Assembly: GCA_029251525.1 (NCBI GenBank)
Contig: JAQXDE010000048.1
Span: forward strand, 42,515-106,514
Source: Saprospiraceae bacterium
GTDB taxonomy: Bacteria; Bacteroidota; Bacteroidia; Chitinophagales; Saprospiraceae
DNA: 64,000 nt
Direction: 5' to 3'
Part shown: positions 52,191 through 62,785 of the stretch, piece after piece
How the letters are laid out: each line of letters opens with the position of its first letter
How positions within the stretch are numbered: the first letter of the stretch is position 1
Position numbers and translations under genes: made by a program
The notes under the pieces: generated by a model
The model's input: only the letters and a program-made list of their open reading frames with translations
Told to the model about the DNA's origin: nothing
Databases searched by the model: none

Positions 52191-52913
52191 TTACGCTTTG
52201 GTCAAATAAAATACGATTGGAATTATGGCAAACCCCAAAGGAATCAAAATTGAATAGGCAGTTCCTAAACCATTGATAATGGGTGTATATTTTTTATGAT
52301 TCAAACCTAGCGTCTGAAATGCACTTTGAAATCCATGACTCAAGTGCAGACCGATGACTATCATTGATACCACATAAAATATTACAAACGGAATATTACT
52401 GAAGGTAGCAGCCACTAAGGTGTATAAATTTTTAACTTCAACTCCATCGTAAGTAACCAACTCAGGAATGCTTGTCATTTTCATCTTGAACCAAAATTGG
52501 AAAAGATGAATCAAAATAAAAACTAAAATAACCGTTCCGAACCAAGCCATATTTCGACTTGAATAGGTAGTCGTTTTCGTACTTTTAACAGCATAGCGCG
52601 AAGTTCCACCACCCGAGGCTGCTTTATTTTGAAAGTATAGCAATATTCCAAGCACTGCATGAAGAAAAATAAAAAAGAAATTTCCGATGGAAATAAATTG
52701 TATCAAAGGATTCTGTCCCATGAAATCAGCGTAAAGATTAAACTTTTCACCACCATCGCCAGCAAGTAATTGTAGATTGCCTAACAAATGAACAGTTAAA
52801 AATAGAATCAAAAATATTCCAGTTAAGCTCATTGTAAGTTTTCGCCCGATTGAGGAAAATAAAAAATTGGTTAACCAACTCATATAAAGATTTTTTTTAA
52901 TGGTTTTGCCCAA
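52191..52913 (-). CDS. sdhC: Succinate dehydrogenase / fumarate reductase cytochrome b subunit (Bacteroidetes b558 type). The true start may be an internal Met near 52883.
   Basis: 5 TM helices with conserved His residues. Located upstream of sdhA and sdhB on the same strand. Confidence 0.65.
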   Translation of the reverse strand: MGKTIKKNLYMSWLTNFLFSSIGRKLTMSLTGIFLILFLTVHLLGNLQLLAGDGGEKFNLYADFMGQNPLIQFISIGNFFFIFLHAVLGILLYFQNKAASGGGTSRYAVKSTKTTTYSSRNMAWFGTVILVFILIHLFQFWFKMKMTSIPELVTYDGVEVKNLYTLVAATFSNIPFVIFYVVSMIVIGLHLSHGFQSAFQTLGLNHKKYTPIINGLGTAYSILIPLGFAIIPIVFYLTKA

Positions 52914-53189
52914 AGTTAATAAAGGGTCAAATATTTCTTCGTTTTAACTTGAATCGTGTTGATTAATTGCTAAAAAACACGATTTTTTCCATACTTCAAC
53001 AAAACTATTTATTTAAAGGGATTTTCCCAACAGTTGTTCATCCTAGAGGGGCAGGATTGGTTTATTTAGAATTAATCAAAATTAGAGTAAAAAGAATAGA
53101 TTTATATGGGGAAATCAATAAAATAGGTTTGAGAAATATTCTTAATTTCTAATGAGTATTAATGTAGTTGGGTTAACTTTGTATTTTAA

Positions 53190-53708
53190 TTGAATTTAAA
53201 TTTATTTATGAACAGGATAGCGAAAATAACATTTCAGGATTTTATACAAGCATTTCCAGAAGCAGAGTTGCCAATTGATTTAACGGAGGATACCCAATCA
53301 ATTTTTAGTAAAGAGAATAAACCTTTATCAAAGCAAATGATTGAGGAATTCATTGTTCCAATTGATGACTCTATTGATGAATTTACAGAGTACATTCCAT
53401 GCTTTCGAATTCCACGGACTAAAGACTTTTATGCGATTATTTTTTGGAAAGCAGGTTTGATGAACTATCAATATTTCATTGTTACTTTTGATAAAAAAGG
53501 AAATTTAATAGAAAAAAAGATGGTTGCGGGAACTCAAGTAAAGGGAGATGCGTTATTAAGAACTGTAACCACTATTAAAAAGGATTGGACGATTGCGAGT
53601 GTAGTTGGAGTGGTTTCTGCAAATGATGATCTCGCTTATGACCCTGCTACAAGTCTCGATTCTATCCTAGAATTGACCCAAGATGGGAAAATTTCAAATT
53701 TAACTTAA
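53190..53708 (+). CDS. Hypothetical protein
   Basis: 172-aa ORF with no recognisable motif. Confidence 0.3.
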   Translation: MNLNLFMNRIAKITFQDFIQAFPEAELPIDLTEDTQSIFSKENKPLSKQMIEEFIVPIDDSIDEFTEYIPCFRIPRTKDFYAIIFWKAGLMNYQYFIVTFDKKGNLIEKKMVAGTQVKGDALLRTVTTIKKDWTIASVVGVVSANDDLAYDPATSLDSILELTQDGKISNLT

Positions 53709-53764
53709 ATAAAGCATTCACTATCATTGCTTAACAAGACGGATTTTTTATTACAAAAAATACT

Positions 53765-55963
53765 ATGAAGAAAAAGAAAAAACTCAAAAAAATAAAAATG
53801 GGTCAAAAGCCCTCAGCTGCCGAACTAAAACATCAAATATTTAAATTCCTAAAAACCAATCCTAAAAAACGACTCACTGCAAAACAATTAATCAAAAAAT
53901 TAAATTTGGGGAACAGTCCTGATGCAGTCAACGATGCTATGTTGAAATTGTCGAAGGAGGGGAAATTATATGAGATTGAACCAGGTAGATTTCGCCTTGA
54001 CAGATTTGCAGATACCTCAAGTGGTAAAATAAAATCACGTAGGAAATTACATATTGGTAAAGCAGATGTTACTCGAAGTGGCGCTGCATATATTGTCGTA
54101 GACGACTTAGAAGACGATGTTTATGTTGCACAAAGACATACCAATGGAGTGATGCAAGGCGATCAAGTTCAAGTATCTGTGCACAAGCCCCGAGGTCGTA
54201 GGAAGCCAGAAGGTGAAATTGTGAAAATTTTAAATCGAGCGACAGAGCATTTCTTGGGGGTCATTCGGATTTATGAAGACTATGCATTGCTTACACCAAG
54301 CATGTATCAATATGAAGATCTGGAGATTCAAGTTGGGCTAAATGATTTGAGAGATGCGAAAGATGAAGATGTGGTCGTGGTTAAGGTAACTAAATGGGGT
54401 GAGAGTTTTAACTTCAGGTCTGTTGGAATTGTGACAAGTGTGCTCGGAGAGGAAGGGGGAAGTGAAATAGCAATGAAGTCAATTCTGATTAACAAAGGAT
54501 TTGAATTAGAATTTTCAGAGGCTGTGAAAAGGGAGTCAGAAGCATTGACGGATGAATTGTCAGAAGCGGATGTTGCTCGACGAAGAGATATGCGAGATAT
54601 CACAACTTTTACAATTGATCCAGACACTGCAAAGGATTTTGATGATGCATTATCATATCGGATTTTAGAAGATGGACGAAAAGAGATTGGCGTTCACATC
54701 GCTGATGTAACTCATTACGTTCGACCTGAAACTGCTTTGGATAAAGAAGCATTGAAGCGAAGTACCTCGGTTTATTTGGTGGATCGAGTGTTGCCAATGT
54801 TGCCTGAAAAAATTTCAAATGAATTGTGTTCACTTCGACCAAATGAAGATAAATGTACTTTTAGCGCAGTTTTTACTTTTAGTGCAAAAGGAAGAATTGA
54901 GGAGCGTTGGTTTGGAAAAACATTGATTCATTCTGACCGAAGATTTACCTATGAAGAAGCGCAAGAAGTTTTGGAAAAAGGGAAGGGCGAATATGCTGAG
55001 GAATTATTAGACTTAAATAATTTAGCTAAAAAACTTCAGAAGAAAAAATTCAAAAATGGCGCAATCAGTTTTGAATCTCCTGAGGTGAAATTTAAGTTGG
55101 ATGAAAATGGAGTACCGACTGATGTTTTCGTTAAGGTACGAAAAGATGCACATAAATTGATTGAAGAATTTATGTTGTTGGCAAACAAAGAGGTAGCCAC
55201 TTATATTGTCAAGAAAAGCAAAGCTGGAGGTGGCGAAATTCCTTTCGTTTATCGAGTTCACGATGAGCCAGATCCTGATAAAATTGCCGATTTTGCTAGG
55301 TTTGCGTTAGAATTAGGTTTCAAAATGGAAATGCAAACACCTCAACAAATTGCGGAAAGTTTCCTTGCACTTGACATAGCGGCGCAAGAAAATGAAGCGC
55401 TTCGAATGTTGCAACCTATTGCGATTCGTTCGATGGCAAAAGCAATCTATACTTCTGATAATATTGGGCATTATGGATTGGCATTTGAAAATTATTCACA
55501 TTTTACTTCTCCAATTCGAAGATATTCTGATGTGTTAGCACATAGGTTGTTAGAACAAAATCTAGGAGAAACATATCGAACAGATAAAGGTGAGTTAGAA
55601 GCAAAATGTCGACATATCTCTGGTCAAGAAAAAAAGGCAGCAGAGGCTGAAAGAGAGTCTGTAAAATATAAGCAAGTAGAATACACGAGTAAACATATTG
55701 GTGAAGTTTTCGATGCCCATATTTCTGGAATGATCGACCGTGGAATTTTTGTTCAAATTGATCACAGTAATGCAGAGGGGCTGATTGGTTTTGAAAATTT
55801 CTCAGAATCGTATGAGTTAGGAACTGGACGATTGAAAGCAATTGGTACACGAACTGGAAGTATTTTGAAGATGGGACAAAAGGTAAGAGCTAGGATTATT
55901 TCAACAGATTTAGAAAAAAAATTGATTGAATTAGAATTGGTCGAAGAAGGGGAGGAGGAATAA
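53765..55963 (+). CDS. rnr: Ribonuclease R
   Basis: Basic N-terminus, cold-shock/OB domains, RNB catalytic domain, and a C-terminal S1 domain (GEVFDAHISGMIDRGIFVQI). 732 aa. Confidence 0.85.
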   Translation: MKKKKKLKKIKMGQKPSAAELKHQIFKFLKTNPKKRLTAKQLIKKLNLGNSPDAVNDAMLKLSKEGKLYEIEPGRFRLDRFADTSSGKIKSRRKLHIGKADVTRSGAAYIVVDDLEDDVYVAQRHTNGVMQGDQVQVSVHKPRGRRKPEGEIVKILNRATEHFLGVIRIYEDYALLTPSMYQYEDLEIQVGLNDLRDAKDEDVVVVKVTKWGESFNFRSVGIVTSVLGEEGGSEIAMKSILINKGFELEFSEAVKRESEALTDELSEADVARRRDMRDITTFTIDPDTAKDFDDALSYRILEDGRKEIGVHIADVTHYVRPETALDKEALKRSTSVYLVDRVLPMLPEKISNELCSLRPNEDKCTFSAVFTFSAKGRIEERWFGKTLIHSDRRFTYEEAQEVLEKGKGEYAEELLDLNNLAKKLQKKKFKNGAISFESPEVKFKLDENGVPTDVFVKVRKDAHKLIEEFMLLANKEVATYIVKKSKAGGGEIPFVYRVHDEPDPDKIADFARFALELGFKMEMQTPQQIAESFLALDIAAQENEALRMLQPIAIRSMAKAIYTSDNIGHYGLAFENYSHFTSPIRRYSDVLAHRLLEQNLGETYRTDKGELEAKCRHISGQEKKAAEAERESVKYKQVEYTSKHIGEVFDAHISGMIDRGIFVQIDHSNAEGLIGFENFSESYELGTGRLKAIGTRTGSILKMGQKVRARIISTDLEKKLIELELVEEGEEE

Positions 55964-55993
55964 ATTTATTTTATATAACTATTCATTTATAAT

Positions 55994-56755
55994 ATGATTT
56001 TAGTAGTTGATATTGGAAATTCAAATATTGTGCTCGCGCTTCATAATGGTGAAGATTGGAAACATATTTTTCGATTACCAACTTTACCTGATGAGTCACC
56101 ACTTTTTTATAAGGTGAAAATCTTGAATGACTTTTTGGAAGAAAATATTGATGCCAGTCAAATTAAAAAATGTGTTTTGAGTAGTGTGGTTCCGATTCTT
56201 CGCGATGTATTTGAAGAGATACTATTGGGTCTTTTCAGGAAACCGCCTGTTATAGTAAACGCTACTATTTTTCCAAAATTAAAATTACAAATAGAACGAC
56301 CTGATGAGATCGGAACTGACTTGGTAGCTAATGCAATTGCTGCTAATCAACTATTTATGAAAGATTGCATTATTGTAGATTTTGGAACGGCATTAACATT
56401 TACAGTTGTATCGAAGGAAGGTCATTTAAAAGGGGTGAACATTGTCCCAGGTTTGGAAACTGCTATTCAATCACTTTTTGGAAATACAGCACAACTTCCA
56501 GAGGTGCCCCTCGAAATACCAAAATCAACTATCGGTAAAAATACAGTTACAGCAATTCAAGCAGGAATCTTGATCGGTTATGTTGGTTTAGTAAGACATC
56601 AATTGGCAAGCATACGATCAGAGGTTGGAGAGCAATACATAGCTGTAGCAACAGGAGGTTTATCGAAAATTTTGTCTGAATTAGAAAACGACTTTGAAGA
56701 AGTAAATATGGATTTGACGATTGAAGGTTTGAGATTAATTGGTGAAATTGATTAG
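55994..56755 (+). CDS. coaX: Type III pantothenate kinase
   Basis: N-terminal ILVVDIGNSN (ASKHA fold). 253 aa. The GTD and ATGG motifs are present. Confidence 0.8.
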   Translation: MILVVDIGNSNIVLALHNGEDWKHIFRLPTLPDESPLFYKVKILNDFLEENIDASQIKKCVLSSVVPILRDVFEEILLGLFRKPPVIVNATIFPKLKLQIERPDEIGTDLVANAIAANQLFMKDCIIVDFGTALTFTVVSKEGHLKGVNIVPGLETAIQSLFGNTAQLPEVPLEIPKSTIGKNTVTAIQAGILIGYVGLVRHQLASIRSEVGEQYIAVATGGLSKILSELENDFEEVNMDLTIEGLRLIGEID

Positions 56756-57029
56756 GTTTTTTCATTGAAAAAATAATTTGGAAAGCGTTTTGGAATTGAA
56801 TTTGCAAAATGCTTAAATGTTTTGTAGCTATTTAGATTTTTTCCAAAGTGAATCAAATAAAATACAAAATGATATTTTTAACCAAAATTAGATTAAACTA
56901 TTTATTTTTTTTTGAGTCAAACCTGCGATCTTTGAGCTATACCAAATTGTAAATACCAAAACTAAAGTAAATTATCATTTAAAGTACGTAGCTCAAATCG
57001 CGCTTTTATTTTTTCAAAATCAAAAATCA

Positions 57030-58679
57030 ATGCATATGAATCGAAGAGTTTCACTCGCATTATTAATGGGAAAACAGAAAAAATCTGCATCCGAATTAAC
57101 TACCTCAGTAACAACTGTGACGAACACTTTTGATACCTATACAGGAACGTGGGGATTTGAACAAGCTGCTCATCTACTGCGTCGAACTACCTTCGGCCCA
57201 ACTTATGCTCAAATCAACCAAGCAACATCAGATGGTTTGAATGCAACTATAAGTAAGTTATTTGAGAATCAATCACTTCCAGCTGATCCGATTTATTATA
57301 ATTTCGAAAATGATCCAAATATCGCCAATGGTGAATCTTGGGTTGATGAACCAACGAACAATCAAATCTCAGGCTTGAATAATGCTAGAAAAAGATCTTT
57401 AGAAGCTTGGTCTTTCAAAATTATTCGAGAATCAGGCATGAACATTCGGGAAAAAATGTTGCTATTTTGGCATAATCATTTTGTAGTATCCAATACTAAC
57501 GATGCAAGATTTCAGCATAAATACATTAATTTGTTGAGAGAAAATGCTTTAGGAAACTTTAGAGAATTAGTAGAGTTGATCACCGTAGATCCCTCAATGT
57601 TACAATATTTGAATGGTACACAAAATTCAAAAAATGCTCCCAATGAAAATTATTCAAGAGAATTGTTAGAACTTTTTACTATCGGAAAGGGAGATGCCGC
57701 TGGGCCAGGTGACTACACTAATTATACAGAGGATGATGTAGTTCAGATAGCTCGTGCACTCACAGGTTGGAAACATTTTGATGCTGATGATTTGACGCAA
57801 GTACAATCAGATTTTAGGCCTAATCGACATGATACTGGTGACAAACAATTATCAAATCGTTTCAATGATATTATCATTACTGATGCAGGAGAAGATGAGT
57901 ACAAAACTGTCATTGATATAATTTTTCAACAAGATGAAGTTGCTCGATTTATTTCTAGAAAACTATATAGGTGGTTTGTTCATTTTGATATTAATAGTGA
58001 GGTTGAAACCAATATTATTGAACCAATGGCACAAATGTTAATTGCTGATAGTTATGATTTACAACCAACGATCAAGGCACTTTTATCGAGTGAGCATTTT
58101 TATGATCTATCTATTCGAGGCTGTATGATTACCCATCCGATTGATTATTTATTCAAAATGGTCAATACATTTGAATTAGAACTCAACCCAGATATCTTAC
58201 AAGAATATAATATTTTAAGAAGGTTGTTTAGAGCCATAGCTCCGCTCGAAATGGTCATGTATTCTCACCCAAATGTAGCAGGGTGGAAAGCTTATTATCA
58301 AACTCCTCAATATTATAAAATTTGGATAAACGCAGTTACACTTCCTGTGCGAATGAATTTTTCTGATACCTTGTCCGAAGGATATAATGTATCCGGATTT
58401 CAAGTAAAACTTAATGTACTCGCCTTTACAGCATCACTTGACAACCCAGCAGATCCCGATGATTTAATTAATGAAATCGCAAGTATTCTTTATGCTCAAC
58501 CTTTAGCTCAAGAGCAAGTAGATTCATTAAAAGCTTCTCATGGAATTACAAATCCTGAGTGGCAAAATGAATATTTAGATTATAGTACTGGGAATACTAG
58601 TTTAGAACCAACTATAAATAATAAGCTCAAAGGGTTGGTTAAAACGATGCTAAAAATGCCTGAGTTTTATCTCATGTAA
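57030..58679 (+). CDS. DUF1800 family protein
   Basis: 549 aa. WHNHF-containing core typical of DUF1800. Immediately upstream of a DUF1501 gene, which is the usual pairing. Confidence 0.55.
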   Translation: MHMNRRVSLALLMGKQKKSASELTTSVTTVTNTFDTYTGTWGFEQAAHLLRRTTFGPTYAQINQATSDGLNATISKLFENQSLPADPIYYNFENDPNIANGESWVDEPTNNQISGLNNARKRSLEAWSFKIIRESGMNIREKMLLFWHNHFVVSNTNDARFQHKYINLLRENALGNFRELVELITVDPSMLQYLNGTQNSKNAPNENYSRELLELFTIGKGDAAGPGDYTNYTEDDVVQIARALTGWKHFDADDLTQVQSDFRPNRHDTGDKQLSNRFNDIIITDAGEDEYKTVIDIIFQQDEVARFISRKLYRWFVHFDINSEVETNIIEPMAQMLIADSYDLQPTIKALLSSEHFYDLSIRGCMITHPIDYLFKMVNTFELELNPDILQEYNILRRLFRAIAPLEMVMYSHPNVAGWKAYYQTPQYYKIWINAVTLPVRMNFSDTLSEGYNVSGFQVKLNVLAFTASLDNPADPDDLINEIASILYAQPLAQEQVDSLKASHGITNPEWQNEYLDYSTGNTSLEPTINNKLKGLVKTMLKMPEFYLM

Positions 58680-58740
58680 GAATACGTGCACCTTTTTTTA
58701 TTTCAAATTTTATTTCAAAAAATCTTAAAACTTAGTTCTT

Positions 58741-60297
58741 ATGAAAAGAAGGACATTTATAAAAAGAAGTTCTGCGGCATCTGTTCCTGTTTTGTTAGGA
58801 GGAGTAAATGTATCCGCTTTAAATAGCCCGATGTTTAATATGTTAAACACGGACTCAGATAAAGTATTGGTTTTAATCCAATTAGATGGAGGGAACGATG
58901 GATTGAATATGTTGATTCCAAAAGACCAATATGCTAATCTTTCTCAAGTGCGTCAAAATGTAATTGTACCTGAAAATACTATTCTGGATTTGACTGACAC
59001 ATTGGGATTTCATCCTTCAATGAGTGACCTTAAAAATGTTTTTGATAATGGAAAATTAAACATCATTCAAAGTGCTGGTTATCCCAATCAAAACCGTTCA
59101 CATTTTCGTTCGAGGGATATTTGGTCCTCTGGTTCAGCAGCTGATGAATATTTAAATTCCGGTTGGTTAGGGAGATATTTTGAATCGATGTATGCAGGTT
59201 TTCCAACTGGATACCCGAATGCAGAGAATCCAGATCCATTTGCAATTACTATTGGCTCTCAAGTCACTCAAACTTGCGAAGGCTCTGGAGGAAATTTTAG
59301 TATGGCGTTAGTTGACCCTGATAATTTATCAGCTTTGGCAACTCCTATAAATGGAACTTTACCTGATTCATGTTTCGGAGATCAAGTTGAATTTTTGATT
59401 GATAGTATCGTGCAAACGAATGCATATAATGATGTTATTCAAACAGCGAATGACAATGGAGCAAATCTTTCGACCAAATATGAAGATGATGATAGCCTTG
59501 CAAGCAAATTAAAAATTGTTGCAAAATTAATTGCAGGTGGGTTAAAAACAAAAGTATATGTTGTCAACCTTGGAGGATTTGATACACATGCATTGCAAGT
59601 TGACGGTTCTGATCCAACAACTGGAGATCATGCGGAATTATTAAGTAGTTTATCAAAATCAATTTGTGCATTTCAAGATGATTTGGAACAGCTAGGTTTA
59701 GATGAACGAGTGGTTGGAATGGCTTATTCAGAGTTCGGAAGACGAATTCGTTCGAACGATAGTTTGGGGACAGATCATGGAACGGCTGGGCCGATGATGC
59801 TTTTTGGTTCATGCGTAAATCCTGCAGTATTGGGAGATAATCCTGAGATTTCACCAGACGTAGATAATCAAGAAGGAGTACCGATGCAATTTGATTTTAG
59901 ATCAGTTTATGGCAGTGTTTTGATGGATTGGTTTGAGGTGGAAGAGCAAGTGGTGAAAGATTTATTGTATGATGATTTCCAACATTTACCAATTTTAGAA
60001 AATTGCGATTCCGTAAGTGCTTATGATATTTTAAAAGAAGGAGAACTGGAGTTGAATGCATATCCAAATCCATTTGATCAATCAACTAATATTGAATTCA
60101 CAGTAAAATCTGGTTGGGTGAAAATTAGTTTGTTTGATGTCATTGGAAGTGAATTAAAAGTTTTAACCAATCAAAAATTCAATGAAGGAACCCATCAAAT
60201 CAGAATGGAAGGAAATGATTTACCATCAGGAAGCTACTATTATCGTATCCAAACTGATTATGGTCAAAAGACAAAACGATTGATAAAAGTGAGGTAG
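58741..60297 (+). CDS. DUF1501 (sulfatase-like) protein with an N-terminal twin-arginine signal and a C-terminal T9SS sorting domain
   Basis: Tat motif KRRTFIK followed by a hydrophobic stretch. DUF1501 motifs GGFDTH and DHGTAG. The last ~85 aa (from ELNAYPNPFDQSTNIEF to the C-terminal RLIKVR) match the Por/T9SS C-terminal domain. Confidence 0.65.
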   Translation: MKRRTFIKRSSAASVPVLLGGVNVSALNSPMFNMLNTDSDKVLVLIQLDGGNDGLNMLIPKDQYANLSQVRQNVIVPENTILDLTDTLGFHPSMSDLKNVFDNGKLNIIQSAGYPNQNRSHFRSRDIWSSGSAADEYLNSGWLGRYFESMYAGFPTGYPNAENPDPFAITIGSQVTQTCEGSGGNFSMALVDPDNLSALATPINGTLPDSCFGDQVEFLIDSIVQTNAYNDVIQTANDNGANLSTKYEDDDSLASKLKIVAKLIAGGLKTKVYVVNLGGFDTHALQVDGSDPTTGDHAELLSSLSKSICAFQDDLEQLGLDERVVGMAYSEFGRRIRSNDSLGTDHGTAGPMMLFGSCVNPAVLGDNPEISPDVDNQEGVPMQFDFRSVYGSVLMDWFEVEEQVVKDLLYDDFQHLPILENCDSVSAYDILKEGELELNAYPNPFDQSTNIEFTVKSGWVKISLFDVIGSELKVLTNQKFNEGTHQIRMEGNDLPSGSYYYRIQTDYGQKTKRLIKVR

Positions 60298-60322
60298 ACA
60301 ATATCCTTTTTTTATAAAAATA

Positions 60323-60358
60323 AAGCCCATTGTATGATTTCATATGATGGGTTTTTTA
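60323..60358 (+). terminator. Hairpin plus T-run after the DUF1501 gene
   Basis: AAGCCCAT...ATGGGTT followed by TTTTTT. Confidence 0.45.
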
Positions 60359-60415
60359 ATTTATTTATATCTTTATCGCCTAACCAGTTTTTTGAAAAAA
60401 AACGAAACGAATATT

Positions 60416-61903
60416 ATGGAACCAATTTTTACTAATGATGCTGTAGTTCTGGGAATTCTCCTTGCAGTTTTAGCATTCATTTTTTACACGCATAGTTTAG
60501 AATCAGAAGGATGGAAAAAATTCTACAGATTCGTACCTGCCTTATTATTATGTTATTTTATTCCCGCTATTTTATATTATCCTCTTGGATTGATTGCCTC
60601 AGATTGGTTTGACAATTCTTTGTTGGAGTATGTAAAAGATCTGACGCTATTCGTTCCTGAAAAGATGAAAGCAAGTTTTGAAAGTGTTCAAGCTGTTTTT
60701 AATTCAGGTTCTTTTGATGATATAAAATTGCTTTTAGAAAAAAATGGGGTAGAGGATGATGTCATTGGAAAATACACTCGACATTCTCAATTGTACTTTG
60801 TAGCATCGAGATATTTATTGCCTGCCAGTCTGGTTTTGCTTTGTGTAAGTATTGATTTCAAAGCAATTATGAATTTGGGATGGAAAGCAATTGTGATGTT
60901 TTTGACAGCAACTCTTGGTATTGTCATCGGTGGACCTATTGCACTCTTTGTAGCCATCAATTTATTCCCAAGTATTTTAGGTGAAAACTCAATGGAAATT
61001 GCAAATGGACTTTCAACAGTTGCGGGAAGTTGGATTGGAGGTGGAGCAAACCAGAACGCGATGAAAATCATTTACGAAGTACCTAATGAAGTATTTGCTA
61101 TAATGCTTGTTGTCGATATTGTTGTTGCAAATATTTGGATGGGATTCCTTTTATATGGAGCAAATATTACTGAACGAGTGGATGCATGGTTGAAAGCAGA
61201 TACCTCAGCTATTGATGATTTGAAAGAGAGAGTAGCAGCATATAGTGCAAGTATTGCTCAAATGCCAACAACTACGACTTTATTTGTCATGTTAGCAATA
61301 GCATTTGGAGCAGTTGGAATTTCACATTGGGGAGCAGATTTAATCGCGCCATTTTTTGGAGATATGAATGAAGTATCAAAGGTTGTTATTGGTGCAAATG
61401 AAGATGGTAGTAAGATTTTCTCACCAGGAAGTCTTGTTGAAAATGGATTAAGTTCTGTGATGTCAGGATTCTTTTGGTTGATTGTAATTTCGACAACGGT
61501 AGGTTTACTTTTATCATTTACCCCTGCTCGAAAATTAGAGGGAGTCGGTGCATCAAGATGGGGATCAATTTTTATTTATATTTTAGTTGCTACTATCGGA
61601 ATGCATATGAATTTGGGCAAGGTATGGGCAAATCTAGGGCTATTTGGAATTGGAATTATTTGGATGTTAGTACACGTTACACTGTTAATTTTAGTTGCAA
61701 AATTGATTCGAGCACCATTTTTTTTCGTTGCAGTTGGAAGTCAAGCCAATGTCGGAGGAGCTGCTTCAGCCCCAGTGGTAGCATCAGCATTTAGTCCTTC
61801 GTTAGCTCCAGTTGGAGCTTTGTTGGCAGTTTTGGGATATGCGATAGGAACTTATGGAGCTATCATGTGTGCTGAAATTATGAGGGCTATGGTTGGCGGT
61901 TGA
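60416..61903 (+). CDS. Polytopic membrane protein, DUF819-like (tentative). The ORF is open from 60344.
   Basis: About 495 aa with 12 or more predicted TM helices. Family assignment is from overall architecture only. Confidence 0.4.
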   Translation: MEPIFTNDAVVLGILLAVLAFIFYTHSLESEGWKKFYRFVPALLLCYFIPAILYYPLGLIASDWFDNSLLEYVKDLTLFVPEKMKASFESVQAVFNSGSFDDIKLLLEKNGVEDDVIGKYTRHSQLYFVASRYLLPASLVLLCVSIDFKAIMNLGWKAIVMFLTATLGIVIGGPIALFVAINLFPSILGENSMEIANGLSTVAGSWIGGGANQNAMKIIYEVPNEVFAIMLVVDIVVANIWMGFLLYGANITERVDAWLKADTSAIDDLKERVAAYSASIAQMPTTTTLFVMLAIAFGAVGISHWGADLIAPFFGDMNEVSKVVIGANEDGSKIFSPGSLVENGLSSVMSGFFWLIVISTTVGLLLSFTPARKLEGVGASRWGSIFIYILVATIGMHMNLGKVWANLGLFGIGIIWMLVHVTLLILVAKLIRAPFFFVAVGSQANVGGAASAPVVASAFSPSLAPVGALLAVLGYAIGTYGAIMCAEIMRAMVGG

Positions 61904-62146
61904 TGAAAATAAGTAAAGTCCAAGTGAACTGAAAAATACATCTTTACATCACTTGGAGATTAGTTATTCTTTGTTCGATATCATTTATTCAAAAAAGTCA
62001 CTTTTTTTTTTTTTTAAACCTAAACAATCTTACTCTAAATTTGATTTATTTATTTAGACAATTATCTATCAGAAGCTCTTGAAAGTAAAATAAATACTTT
62101 TTTTCTTACAAATTTATATTGGCATAAACTTCATATTTATTAAAAA

Positions 62147-62647
62147 ATGGAATTACAAGACGGTAAGGATAAATTTATTCAATCATGGGGAACGCTAGGT
62201 TCTAATTGGGGGATCAATCGAACTATGGCACAAATTCACGCCTTATTGCTCATCTCTCCTGAGCCGCTTTGCGCTATGGAGATCAAAGAAAAGTTAAATA
62301 TTTCAATGGGAAATACTAATATGAATATTCGTCAATTAATTGATTGGGGCTTAGTTTATAAAAAGTTGAAATCCGGAGAAAGAAAAGAATTTTTTGTAGC
62401 TGAAAAGGAAATGTGGGAGGTTGTTAAAAAAATTGTAATTCAAAGAAAAAAGAGAGAACTCGAACCGGTTATAAAAATATTAGATGAAATTTCAGCAGTA
62501 GATGGAATTTGCAATGATTCAGATGAGTTCTGTAAAGTGGTAAAAGATATTAAGTTATTTTCAAATAAAGCGGATTCAATTCTTGATAATTTAATCAAAG
62601 CAGATTCCAATTGGTTTATGCGATCATTTATCAATATGATAAAATAG
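62147..62647 (+). CDS. GbsR/MarR-type winged-helix transcriptional regulator
   Basis: N-terminal W-G...WGxNRTxAQIxALLLISPEPL...EI...L..S.GN.....R.L.DWGLV pattern characteristic of the GbsR/OpcR family. Confidence 0.5.
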   Translation: MELQDGKDKFIQSWGTLGSNWGINRTMAQIHALLLISPEPLCAMEIKEKLNISMGNTNMNIRQLIDWGLVYKKLKSGERKEFFVAEKEMWEVVKKIVIQRKKRELEPVIKILDEISAVDGICNDSDEFCKVVKDIKLFSNKADSILDNLIKADSNWFMRSFINMIK

Positions 62648-62668
62648 TTCTGATAAATCAACAATGCT

Positions 62669-62692
62669 GGATCCATTTTTATGGATTTTTTC
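62669..62692 (+). terminator. Hairpin plus T-run immediately after the regulator gene
   Basis: ATCCAT-TTTT-ATGGAT followed by TTTTT. Confidence 0.45.
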
Positions 62693-62725
62693 CTACTATT
62701 TTAGGTCGAAACCTTTCTCAATAAA

Positions 62726-62770
62726 CGAAGCCCAAGCCTTTCTCTTGAAAACTTGGGCTTCGTCTATTTA
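62726..62770 (+). terminator. Second hairpin (11-bp stem) downstream of the regulator gene
   Basis: CGAAGCCCAAG-N14-CTTGGGCTTCG followed by TCTATTT. Confidence 0.45.
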
Positions 62771-62785
62771 CCAAAAGAAAGTGAT

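Noticed and set aside
56925-56960. Possible tRNA fragment (GGTATAGCTCAAAG..GCAGGTTTGACTC on the minus strand)
   Set aside because: It lacks a D-stem closing sequence, a T-psi-C stem complement, an acceptor stem and a CCA context. It does not fold as a cloverleaf.
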